Virus record (IMG/VR): IMGVR_UViG_3300020477_000990
Span: 124,001-188,000 of that record
Strand: one strand, 5' to 3'
Length of the DNA: 64,000 bases
Shown here: one piece after another, positions 7,449 through 15,004 of the stretch
How the letters are laid out: each line of letters starts with the position of its first letter
Numbering within the stretch: position 1 is the stretch's first letter
The notes under the pieces: generated by a model
What the model was told of the DNA's origin: nothing
The model's input: only the letters and a program-made list of their open reading frames with translations
The model's database searches: none
Translations under genes and position numbers: made by a program

Positions 7449-7717
7449 TGGCTTGGACTCAAGAAGAAGAAGAGAAGTATTTAAAGTCACCTTATAAGAA
7501 ATACAGTATAGGTATACCTTATACAGTATGGGTCGATGTAGATGCAAAGGATCAAGACGAAGCGGTTGACTTGGCTTGTAATGCTGAATTTAGTGTGAAC
7601 TTATATATTGGACAAAAGCAACATAGAAGAGTTCATGTAATTCCGGACGCAGAATTGCAAGAATATGTTGATCCTATGGTATGGTGTGAGGACGATGGGA
7701 CTTATAAACCTACATAA
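7448..7717 (+). CDS. Acidic protein, DpnD/PcfM-like motif
   Basis: VWVDVDAKDQDEAVDLA; start at TAATG junction 7448. Confidence 0.7.
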   Translation: MAWTQEEEEKYLKSPYKKYSIGIPYTVWVDVDAKDQDEAVDLACNAEFSVNLYIGQKQHRRVHVIPDAELQEYVDPMVWCEDDGTYKPT

Positions 7718-7736
7718 ACATTGGGAAAATTAATGG

Positions 7737-7765
7737 TTGACAACATAGAAATCTATGCTATTGTT
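7737..7765 (+). promoter_or_regulatory. Early sigma70 promoter with 12-bp operator
   Basis: TTGACA 7737-7742; ATAGAAATCTAT 7745-7756; TGcTATTGT. Confidence 0.75.
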
Positions 7766-7787
7766 AATAATAACAAGAAAGGAAAAT

Positions 7788-7991
7788 ATGTTTAAAACAT
7801 TTTTTAATATATTAGCAACACTTTTAATTGCCGTTGGTTTAATTATGATGGCGGGTAGTGCTAACGATTGTGATGGCAAGTGTATGGAAACTGCTAATAC
7901 AATTACAGAGATGCTTATGTATGCAGGCATTGGCTTAACTTTTATGATATGCGGAAGTGCAATTTTAATTTCAAATAAGAGGGAGGCGTAA
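7788..7991 (+). CDS. Two-TM membrane protein with a Cys-pair loop
   Basis: SD GAAAGGA; two hydrophobic helices flanking NDCDGKC. Confidence 0.75.
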   Translation: MFKTFFNILATLLIAVGLIMMAGSANDCDGKCMETANTITEMLMYAGIGLTFMICGSAILISNKREA

Positions 7992-8503
7992 TGTCAACAA
8001 GAAGTTGGGTAGCGGTGCAAAGTGCAAGTCACGATAAAGAAGGCGGCGTATGTCAATTTGTTTATTCGCATTATGACGGATATCCAAGTGGGGTAGGTTT
8101 AACTTTATTACAACACTATAACGCAAAATCAAAAGCAAAACAATTAATAAGCGGCGGAGACATTTCAATTATTGATTGGCATGGGCAAGACATTTTATAT
8201 TATGCAAAGCGAGGCAGTTGGAAAGATCCTAGAGGCGGAGACGATGAGCCGTGGGATCAAGTAAAACCTCGTTGGAAAAACAATAAGCAAAATTTGTTTA
8301 ATGCTTTTAGAAGCGACGAAGGAATGATGATTGCTTATCTTTACATTTATGAAACAGACTTAAAATGGCATTGCTACAAGGTTGATTATGATACAAAAGA
8401 TATTATAGAACTTGAGTTAGACAAAACACATTTATTAAAGTCTAGAAATAGTAATTACGACAACTACATTGAAGACAATGTAGAGATAGGTAAGGTAGCT
8501 TAA
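7991..8503 (+). CDS. Conserved-type phage hypothetical protein (STRS...HYDGYP)
   Basis: MSTRS and YSHYDGYPSGVG motifs typical of phage early proteins. Confidence 0.75.
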   Translation: MSTRSWVAVQSASHDKEGGVCQFVYSHYDGYPSGVGLTLLQHYNAKSKAKQLISGGDISIIDWHGQDILYYAKRGSWKDPRGGDDEPWDQVKPRWKNNKQNLFNAFRSDEGMMIAYLYIYETDLKWHCYKVDYDTKDIIELELDKTHLLKSRNSNYDNYIEDNVEIGKVA

Positions 8504-8685
8504 TGAAAACTTTTAAATGTTTAGATTGCGGAATAGATATTCCTGCGTCAACAGATCATTCTACAGACGAACCTTATATGTTTGTTTGTAATGATTGTAG
8601 AGATGAAATAGGAAATGGTAAGCAATGGGATGCTAATGGCTTACCATATAACTTTACAGACAAATATCATGATGAGGTTGCATAA
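8503..8685 (+). CDS. Zinc-ribbon protein
   Basis: CLDC...CNDC. Confidence 0.7.
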   Translation: MKTFKCLDCGIDIPASTDHSTDEPYMFVCNDCRDEIGNGKQWDANGLPYNFTDKYHDEVA

Positions 8686-8885
8686 TGGAACCGTATAAAA
8701 TTAAATGGTGCGAATCTTGTCAGGAGTCAACAGAACATTTTGACGATAGGCAATATAATACAGAACCTGAGAAATGGAATTGTATGCAATGTATTGATAG
8801 ACACGGTTCTAGCGATGCATTAGATAATGCTGAATATTTAGACGATTTAGATGAGGGCGAAGGTATATTGTACGACGAATATTAA
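8685..8885 (+). CDS. Acidic zinc-ribbon protein
   Basis: CESC...CMQC; 19 of 66 residues D/E. Confidence 0.7.
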   Translation: MEPYKIKWCESCQESTEHFDDRQYNTEPEKWNCMQCIDRHGSSDALDNAEYLDDLDEGEGILYDEY

Positions 8886-8910
8886 GCAAAACTGCGGTTC
8901 ATTTAGGGTC

Positions 8911-8940
8911 TTGACAGAATCCTATATTGTGCTATTATAA
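8911..8940 (+). promoter_or_regulatory. Early sigma70 promoter with operator overlapping -35
   Basis: TTGACA 8911-8916; ACAGAATCCTAT 8914-8925; TGcTATTAT. Confidence 0.75.
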
Positions 8941-8961
8941 TACTATAAAGGAAGGAACATT

Positions 8962-9396
8962 ATGTCAAAAAAAGAATATAGCAAAGATAAGCCACACGCA
9001 GATATCGGCAAATCAAAATATAGAGTTAGACAACATTACAACGCATGGGTTGAATATGATGTTGTAGCGGATTCAAAAGAAGAAGCGGAAAGTGCCGTTT
9101 TAGAACACGGTGGTATTGAAAAAATAGAATGGCAAGAAGGTTATTACAAAGATGAACCTGTTGAAGTTTATTGCAACGATTATAATTGGGATAGCGATGC
9201 AGATAGAGAATATGAAAAGCATCCGTTCGTTAGAGAACAAAGAATAAAAAAGGTTGCAGAATGTATTCCATACGAAGATAGCGATAGTATAGATTATTCA
9301 GATCCAGATTGGTCTACAGATGAATATGAATGGAAAAAAGAAGAGATGGATACAGAAGCTGGTTATAACATTATAAAAGATAAGGCGGCGTTTTAA
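8962..9396 (+). CDS. Acidic protein, DpnD/PcfM-like motif
   Basis: YDVVADSKEEAESAV; SD GGAAGGA. Confidence 0.75.
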   Translation: MSKKEYSKDKPHADIGKSKYRVRQHYNAWVEYDVVADSKEEAESAVLEHGGIEKIEWQEGYYKDEPVEVYCNDYNWDSDADREYEKHPFVREQRIKKVAECIPYEDSDSIDYSDPDWSTDEYEWKKEEMDTEAGYNIIKDKAAF

Positions 9397-10046
9397 TGGA
9401 TAGAATGATTAGAAATATTGCAATAGCATTAATGGCTTTAATAATCGTTCTGTTCATTTTCGATCAGAAGGCTCATGCGGTAACATTAACTACACAAGCA
9501 AAACATATTTTAAAAAGTGAGTTAGCTAATCATGAAATTAATAATCCAGAACATATAAAGCAGGTAAAGTGTTTAGCAGAAAACATTTACTTTGAAGCAA
9601 GAGCTGAAAGTGATGTAGGTAAAGCGGCTGTTGGTAATGTAACCAAGAACAGAGTATTAGATAGTAGATGGCCATCAACTTATTGTGAAGTAGTGCATGA
9701 AGGACCTGTTAGAGAGTCTTGGAAGACTAGAGGTAAAGATGTTGCTCAAGAAGATAGAGTATTTTGGCCCATCAAACATAGATGTCAATTTAGTTGGTAT
9801 TGCGATGGTAAGAAAGATGTTATATGGGCTAACTATGAAAAGACAGGACAAACAATTGAAGGCAATGCAAGAGCTTGGAGAGATTCAATCGAACTTGCAA
9901 TTTATATTACTGGATATGGTAAAATGATTATAGACGATAATACACACGGAGCCGTGTTTTATTATAATCATAATTTAGTATATCCTAACTGGGCACCAAC
10001 AAAAGAATATATTGGGGTAACAGGTAACCATACATTTATGAAATAA
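9396..10046 (+). CDS. Cell wall hydrolase, SleB/Hydrolase_2 family, with N-terminal signal anchor
   Basis: CLAENIYFEARAE...AVGNVTKNRV...CQFSWYCDG...GNHTF. Confidence 0.9.
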   Translation: MDRMIRNIAIALMALIIVLFIFDQKAHAVTLTTQAKHILKSELANHEINNPEHIKQVKCLAENIYFEARAESDVGKAAVGNVTKNRVLDSRWPSTYCEVVHEGPVRESWKTRGKDVAQEDRVFWPIKHRCQFSWYCDGKKDVIWANYEKTGQTIEGNARAWRDSIELAIYITGYGKMIIDDNTHGAVFYYNHNLVYPNWAPTKEYIGVTGNHTFMK

Positions 10047-10128
10047 TGGACGCGATAATATTATTTGTTATACCACCACTGTTAGGTTGGATAGTTTATT
10101 TGATAATAGAATTAAGGAGGAACGAAAA

Positions 10129-10206
10129 ATGGAAACATACGAAAATATTCCACATGATGTTGATATTATATTACAACTTCAAATGGAACAAGAATGGGGA
10201 AAATGA
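10129..10206 (+). CDS. 25-aa peptide METYENIPHDVDIILQLQMEQEWGK
   Basis: Strong SD AAGGAGG; ATGA coupling to next ORF. Confidence 0.5.
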   Translation: METYENIPHDVDIILQLQMEQEWGK

Positions 10207-10319
10207 AAAAAGAAAATAAAGAACTGCTAAAAGAGTTTTTACATTTCTGGCCACTTTCAATAGTAGTACCAGGAATGCTAATACTAATTCTGTTAGCTAA
10301 TGTCTTTAATTGGGCATAA
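10203..10319 (+). CDS. 38-aa single-TM peptide
   Basis: MKKENKELLKEFLHFWPLSIVVPGMLILILLANVFNWA. Confidence 0.55.
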   Translation: MKKENKELLKEFLHFWPLSIVVPGMLILILLANVFNWA

Positions 10320-10339
10320 GCTGGCCAGAAACTTTTCGG

Positions 10340-10367
10340 TTGACAAATGGCCGATCTGTGTTACAAT
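10340..10367 (+). promoter_or_regulatory. Early sigma70 promoter
   Basis: TTGACA 10340-10345; TACAAT 10362-10367. Confidence 0.7.
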
Positions 10368-10403
10368 AAGGAAATAGTCAATTCGAATATCAGGAGGTAT
10401 TAA

Positions 10404-10643
10404 ATGGCTGATTCAAATACGAAGTACACTTTTGTACTAGAAGCAATAAGAGCCGATGGGAAGAAAGTAATGAGATTTACTAACAAACCAGATAACAGAG
10501 CTCAGGTTTTAATCAACAATGGTTATAAACCAAAAGATGAACACTCTAAAGTAGAGTTCATTAAAATGGATGCACCAATGACGAAGCATGAATACGCGGA
10601 ATCATTAAAAAGTGCTCCGGCTGTAGCTGAAGCAACAGCATAA
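10404..10643 (+). CDS. Small hypothetical protein, monocistronic
   Basis: SD AGGAGG; own promoter and terminator. Confidence 0.8.
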   Translation: MADSNTKYTFVLEAIRADGKKVMRFTNKPDNRAQVLINNGYKPKDEHSKVEFIKMDAPMTKHEYAESLKSAPAVAEATA

Positions 10644-10655
10644 ATTTAATTTAAG

Positions 10656-10684
10656 AAGCCCCTGAAATATGGGGCTTTTTTTAT
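10656..10684 (+). terminator. Intrinsic terminator
   Basis: AAGCCCC-tgaaatat-GGGGCTT then T-tract. Confidence 0.85.
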
Positions 10685-10686
10685 GG

Positions 10687-10715
10687 TTGACAATATAGAA
10701 ATCTATGCTACTATA
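10687..10715 (+). promoter_or_regulatory. Early sigma70 promoter with 12-bp operator
   Basis: TTGACA 10687-10692; ATAGAAATCTAT 10695-10706; TGcTACTAT. Confidence 0.75.
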
Positions 10716-10735
10716 TATTAATGAAAGGGAACAAT

Positions 10736-11014
10736 ATGTCAAAAGAAATGAAGAAGGGCGATAAGCCATACGGACATCCATTACCATTCGATTGTGTAGT
10801 GTTAGAAGATCCTGAAGTAATAGCGAATCCATATAGTGGTGAGAAGATAAAACTTCAACCAGATGCGGTTGCCGTTTATGATTCAATTAAAGGTGCTGAA
10901 TTAATGGCACAAGGAATTGATGATGGAGGCCATCCTTTATGGAGACAAGTTAGAGCTGGATTGGATTGGTTTAGAAAACATTATGCAAAAGAATATATGG
11001 TGTTATTAGACTAA
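10736..11014 (+). CDS. Hypothetical phage protein (NPYSGE...AVYDSIKG...YMVLLD type)
   Basis: SD AAAGGGA before ATG 10736. Confidence 0.75.
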   Translation: MSKEMKKGDKPYGHPLPFDCVVLEDPEVIANPYSGEKIKLQPDAVAVYDSIKGAELMAQGIDDGGHPLWRQVRAGLDWFRKHYAKEYMVLLD

Positions 11015-11015
11015 T

Positions 11016-11255
11016 ATGAGATACAACGATTATTCAGATATCAGAAAAGGGGACCGAGTTTATTATCACAATAGACAAGGTCAACTACACTATGGCAAGG
11101 CCGTTTTATACGGCCCTGCAGGGTGGGTATTAGATTGTGCTCATGGATCACAGGTTGTAGGACATAATAAAAACTATGCAGGTCATAAGCATAGCAAAGG
11201 TAGACGAGAAGACGATCATTTTGGGAAGTGGCTTAATAGCCCATCAAGTATATGA
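11016..11255 (+). CDS. Small SH3-like beta protein
   Basis: IRKGDRVYY...GKAVL pattern. Confidence 0.6.
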   Translation: MRYNDYSDIRKGDRVYYHNRQGQLHYGKAVLYGPAGWVLDCAHGSQVVGHNKNYAGHKHSKGRREDDHFGKWLNSPSSI

Positions 11256-11359
11256 AAGAAACAATAATTTGGACAATTCTAGGTATAGTATCTGTAGTCT
11301 ATATATTATGGACAACAGAAACCCTATGTATTATGGGTTTAACTTGCTGGGGATTTTAG
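11252..11359 (+). CDS. 35-aa single-TM peptide
   Basis: MKETIIWTILGIVSVVYILWTTETLCIMGLTCWGF; ATGA overlap with previous stop. Confidence 0.55.
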   Translation: MKETIIWTILGIVSVVYILWTTETLCIMGLTCWGF

Positions 11360-11362
11360 GGG

Positions 11363-11393
11363 TTGACAGAATCCTATAATATGCTATTATAAT
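11363..11393 (+). promoter_or_regulatory. Early sigma70 promoter with operator overlapping -35
   Basis: TTGACA 11363-11368; ACAGAATCCTAT 11366-11377; TGcTATTATAAT. Confidence 0.75.
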
Positions 11394-11414
11394 AGTATGG
11401 AAGGAACAAAAACA

Positions 11415-12497
11415 ATGATGCAAAAAATTAAACCCCTATTATGGATATTCTTTGGAGTATATTTCTTTGTATGGGGACTAGCAGGATGTAATAATGATGC
11501 TCGTGCAAATGAGAAGCATGACTTATTAAAAACGAATAACGGAATTAGTAGTAAAGATACTACAATTAAAGGTTGGAAGTTTAGAGCAAATAAACATTTA
11601 AAGAAACATATTAAAAAGGGAGACCTTTTATATACATATGATGTAGTTTATGCTAAAGATGGATTTCCAGTTAGATGGGGAGACACATCACAAAAATTTG
11701 AATTAAGAGGTTTACAATGTACATCAGGAGGTTCTGGGGATTGTAAAAGAGAGAATGGTGATTCAAGTTCTAGAATAGAAACTCCAGTTAAAGATTCTTA
11801 CCATATGGGAAACAATTCCGAGTATTGGATTACTTGGTCTATATATGTTCCTGAAGATTATGTATTAATTCATAAAAAGTCTGGGTTAGGTCAATTCCAC
11901 TCTAACCAAGGACCTATGCCATCACAATGGGAATTTAAATTATATAATGATTATAAGCAAAGTGGTTTCCAATTATGGAATTCTGTATCAGGGGATATAG
12001 AAAAAAGATATGATGCTTGTTTTGGTTCAAGCAATTCTTTATCTAAGATGTCTGACAAGAGTGCTAAATTTCATTGGTGTGAAAAACAATATTGGAAATA
12101 TAATTTAATGTCTCTAGAAGAATTTTATTCACATAGAGGTAAATGGATTGACTTTATTGTAAATGTTAAATGGAGTAATAAAGATAAAGGACACTTTAAA
12201 CTTTGGATTAATGGTAAACAAGTAGTTAACCATCAAGGTAAAACAATGCACGATTCAAAACAATATGGATCAAAGTTTAAAGCAACATTCACTTATGGTA
12301 TGTACAACGATAATAAAAAAGGTATATGGGATGTCACAAAAGAAAGATTTGAACAGCCACTAACAATATATTGGGATGAAGTTTGGAGAATGAAGTCTTG
12401 TAAGAAACTAGACCTTGAAAGACTTGGATACTCATGTGATGCTTTAGACAATGGTGGTAAAGAACATCCAGACCTAATCCATGATAAGAGAAGTTAA
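11415..12497 (+). CDS. Polysaccharide lyase-like (heparin lyase I / beta-jelly-roll) lipoprotein
   Basis: Lipobox LAGC; SRIE, EYWITWSIYVP, GQFH, KWIDFIVNVKWS...GHFKLWING, YGMY, IYWDEV motifs. Confidence 0.75.
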   Translation: MMQKIKPLLWIFFGVYFFVWGLAGCNNDARANEKHDLLKTNNGISSKDTTIKGWKFRANKHLKKHIKKGDLLYTYDVVYAKDGFPVRWGDTSQKFELRGLQCTSGGSGDCKRENGDSSSRIETPVKDSYHMGNNSEYWITWSIYVPEDYVLIHKKSGLGQFHSNQGPMPSQWEFKLYNDYKQSGFQLWNSVSGDIEKRYDACFGSSNSLSKMSDKSAKFHWCEKQYWKYNLMSLEEFYSHRGKWIDFIVNVKWSNKDKGHFKLWINGKQVVNHQGKTMHDSKQYGSKFKATFTYGMYNDNKKGIWDVTKERFEQPLTIYWDEVWRMKSCKKLDLERLGYSCDALDNGGKEHPDLIHDKRS

Positions 12498-12520
12498 TTA
12501 GTATGTGTATTAAAATAAGA

Positions 12521-12750
12521 ATTGGGTGCAAGAAGCCAATAGTCGACAGACTTAAAATGTATCAGAGAGGTTTAGCCGATGCGGTGAGTTTACTCTTTAA
12601 ACAAACTCCATTGCGAAGTAGCAACGACCATGAACCACCGACTGTCTTGCTTGGGTGTATAAGAGCTGGGAAGCCAGGACACTTCGCAAACTTAGGTCGT
12701 TCACTAACTAGTCTTAGGAGCCGGGACTTCTTAAACAAAACAGGCTCCAT
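12521..12750 (+). ncRNA. Candidate structured ncRNA or leader with pseudoknot
   Basis: GC-rich intergenic island; TTGCGAAGT/ACTTCGCAA (9 bp) crossed by AACGACC/GGTCGTT (7 bp); hairpins GAGTTT/AAACTC and GGAGCC/GGCTCC both with TTAAAC in the loop. Confidence 0.55.
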
Positions 12751-12768
12751 ATTACAAGGAGAGGCAAT

Positions 12769-13002
12769 ATGAAAAAAATATTACCAATAATTGCAATAGG
12801 CTTTTTATTAAGTGCCTGTAGTGCAACAACTGGTGCTATTACTAAAAAGGATGTCACGACGCTAGGCGGATGTGTTGCTGGTGGTGTTGCTGGATCTCAA
12901 GTAGGTAGTGGTAGTGGTAAGAAATGGGCGATCATCACAGGGACGGTTCTGGGATGTCACGGTGGCTCAATTCTAGGTAAGAAAATCGATCCTGACAACT
13001 AA
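12769..13002 (+). CDS. Glycine-zipper 2TM lipoprotein
   Basis: Lipobox LSAC; GGCVAGGVAGSQVGSGSG glycine zipper; SD AGGAGAGG. Confidence 0.8.
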   Translation: MKKILPIIAIGFLLSACSATTGAITKKDVTTLGGCVAGGVAGSQVGSGSGKKWAIITGTVLGCHGGSILGKKIDPDN

Positions 13003-13006
13003 AAGG

Positions 13007-13035
13007 TTGACAGATCACAGAAGTATGTTATATTA
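13007..13035 (+). promoter_or_regulatory. Early sigma70 promoter
   Basis: TTGACA 13007-13012; TGtTATATT. Confidence 0.7.
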
Positions 13036-13067
13036 AAATATAAACAAAATAAACAAGAAGGGAACAA

Positions 13068-14126
13068 ATGTCAACATACATTAAAATCGTAGACGGAACA
13101 TACGGAAAGAAGGCCGGGAAACCTTTAAGTGTCAAGGGCACAATCTTTCCTATGCTAAAAGCATTTCAAACAGATAAACAGGGTGGCTTTGTCACAGTCG
13201 ATGCAATGAAGGTTCCAAACTTTCCTGCAAGGACTATTAAAGTAAGATGTGAATCACCTAAGTCATATGAGTTTGTTAATGAATCAGATTTCGATAAAAG
13301 TATTAGACACATTGATGCTAATGTGCCAGGCGAAACTGAATCAGAAGCAATTGATAGAATAAGAGAAAGATTCGATATTCTAGATACTATGACGGAAGCA
13401 ACTATGGAAGGAACGGTAAGAGCACTTATTGTTAGTGGCCCTCCAGGAGTTGGTAAATCATACGGTGTTGAAGAGAAGTTAAATGAAGCAAACATCTTCG
13501 ATAAAATATCTGAAAGCAAACCTAAATGGGAAGTTGTCCGTGGGGCAATGAGTGCTATTGGTTTGTATCAAAAGTTGTTTAAGTTTAGTAATAGAGGGCA
13601 CATATTAGTTTTAGATGATTGTGACTCTATCCTATTCGATGACGTTGCACTTAACATACTTAAGGCGGCGTTAGATAGTAGTAAGAAAAGATACATATCA
13701 TGGAATACAGAATCAAGAGTATTGGCCAACGAAGGTGTGCCAGATAGGTTTGAATTCCAAGGTAGTGTTATCCTAATTACAAACATTAAGTTCAACTATG
13801 TTAAGTCCAAGAAGTTGCAAGATCACTTACAAGCGGTAATGTCAAGATGCCATTACTTAGACTTAACAATGGATAGTGTGCGTGATAGGATGTTGCGTTG
13901 CAAACAGATAATAGCAGATGGTGAAATGTTATCCCCATATAAATTTAGTGCTGAACAAGAGCAAAAACTAATAGACTTTATATGGGAGCATAGAGATTCA
14001 CTAAATGAGATTAGTTTAAGAATGGTGACTAAGATTGCTGACTTAATGAAGATGAGTAATGATTGGGAGAAATTAGCCAGAGCAACTTGTATGAAGCGAG
14101 CAATGGCTCAGAATAGAGTTGCTTAA
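13068..14126 (+). CDS. P-loop AAA-type ATPase
   Basis: Walker A GPPGVGKS, Walker B LVLDDCD, sensor ILITN, AVMSRC. Confidence 0.85.
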   Translation: MSTYIKIVDGTYGKKAGKPLSVKGTIFPMLKAFQTDKQGGFVTVDAMKVPNFPARTIKVRCESPKSYEFVNESDFDKSIRHIDANVPGETESEAIDRIRERFDILDTMTEATMEGTVRALIVSGPPGVGKSYGVEEKLNEANIFDKISESKPKWEVVRGAMSAIGLYQKLFKFSNRGHILVLDDCDSILFDDVALNILKAALDSSKKRYISWNTESRVLANEGVPDRFEFQGSVILITNIKFNYVKSKKLQDHLQAVMSRCHYLDLTMDSVRDRMLRCKQIIADGEMLSPYKFSAEQEQKLIDFIWEHRDSLNEISLRMVTKIADLMKMSNDWEKLARATCMKRAMAQNRVA

Positions 14127-14138
14127 ACTACACAGAAT

Positions 14139-14200
14139 TGGTGCTTGTTCTGTTCCTTTCTAAAGCACCATGGGGGTAATTACTTAGGTTTTTGCCCCCA
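14139..14200 (+). other. Twin hairpin; first loop is complementary to the phage early RBS
   Basis: TGGTGCTT/AAGCACCA with loop GTTCTGTTCCTTTCTA; TGGGGGTAA/TTGCCCCCA. Confidence 0.55.
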
Positions 14201-14232
14201 AAACTTTCCATAAAATAAGAGAAAATAAGGGG

Positions 14233-14261
14233 TTGACATAATAGAATCCTATGTTATATTA
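14233..14261 (+). promoter_or_regulatory. Early sigma70 promoter with 12-bp operator
   Basis: TTGACA 14233-14238; ATAGAATCCTAT 14241-14252; TGtTATATT. Confidence 0.75.
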
Positions 14262-14291
14262 ATACTATAAACACTTAACAAAAGGAACAAA

Positions 14292-14642
14292 ATGAATAAA
14301 GTTCGTGGAATAGTCAACTCAGAAGATCCTAATATTCGTATACACAATGAAGGTATATCAGCGGCCAAGAAAGCGGCTAAAGAATATATGGATAAACACG
14401 GTGAGCCAATGTACTGTGGCTTTGCTTGGGTTAATATTAAACCTGGTACTAGCCAATTTGCTAGATCATTAAAGAAGCATAACCTTGTAGATACTACAAG
14501 TTACTATGGTGGTTATGATATATGGGATCCAGCAGGGTTCAATACACAATCAATGGATATAAAAGAAGTAGGTGCAGAGGCTTATGCTAATGTACTTGAG
14601 TCTTATGGTATTAATGCATCAATGATGTCAAGAGCTGATTAA
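14292..14642 (+). CDS. Conserved-type phage hypothetical protein (CGFAWV motif)
   Basis: CGFAWVNIKP...QSMDIKE motif; SD AAAGGA. Confidence 0.75.
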   Translation: MNKVRGIVNSEDPNIRIHNEGISAAKKAAKEYMDKHGEPMYCGFAWVNIKPGTSQFARSLKKHNLVDTTSYYGGYDIWDPAGFNTQSMDIKEVGAEAYANVLESYGINASMMSRAD

Positions 14643-14652
14643 GGAGGGCTAT

Positions 14653-14940
14653 ATGAGTAAACATAAGGTAATAGATCTAATTAAGCAAGTTAAGTCACTA
14701 ACTACTAGAGATGACTTAATTGCTATATCTAATGCGGCACACACTAGATTAGATTGGGTTAATAGATGTAAGGCACAGGACTTTACTAGAGGTGATAGAG
14801 TATCATTTACATCTAGTAGATCAGGCCGTACAATGAAGGGTACTGTAAGGAAGGTTAATATCAAGTATGTTATAGTAGACATAGATGGTACTAGCATGAG
14901 CTACAGAGTACCTGGTTCATATTTGAAATTAGTAGCATAA
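14653..14940 (+). CDS. SH3/KOW-like small protein
   Basis: FTRGDRVSF...GTVRKVNIKYVIV; SD AAGGAGG. Confidence 0.7.
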   Translation: MSKHKVIDLIKQVKSLTTRDDLIAISNAAHTRLDWVNRCKAQDFTRGDRVSFTSSRSGRTMKGTVRKVNIKYVIVDIDGTSMSYRVPGSYLKLVA

Positions 14941-14980
14941 GAGCTATACAGTAGTACTGTTGTATAGAGCTACAATACTA

Positions 14981-15004
14981 AAGGCCCTACGGGGCCTTTT
15001 TTTA
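14981..15004 (+). terminator. Intrinsic terminator closing the early module
   Basis: AGGCCC-tacg-GGGCCT then long T-tract. Confidence 0.85.

Noticed and set aside
11176-11379. 67-aa ORF in the track
   Set aside because: Overlaps the next promoter; the alternative-frame 11252..11359 TM peptide fits gene packing better
12521-12750. Cobalamin or SAM-I riboswitch (CTGGGAAGCCAGGA; TATCAGAGAGG...GCAAC) and tmRNA acceptor (GGAGCC/GGCTCCA)
   Set aside because: Only fragments match; the B12 GGGAA-CCGGTG core, SAM-I P1 partner GAT and tmRNA G3-U70 pair and T-arm are missing
12503-12772. 89-aa ORF and the 62-aa antisense ORF 12562..12750
   Set aside because: No SD, no recognisable motif, coincide with extensive base-pairing; kept only as the refuting alternative
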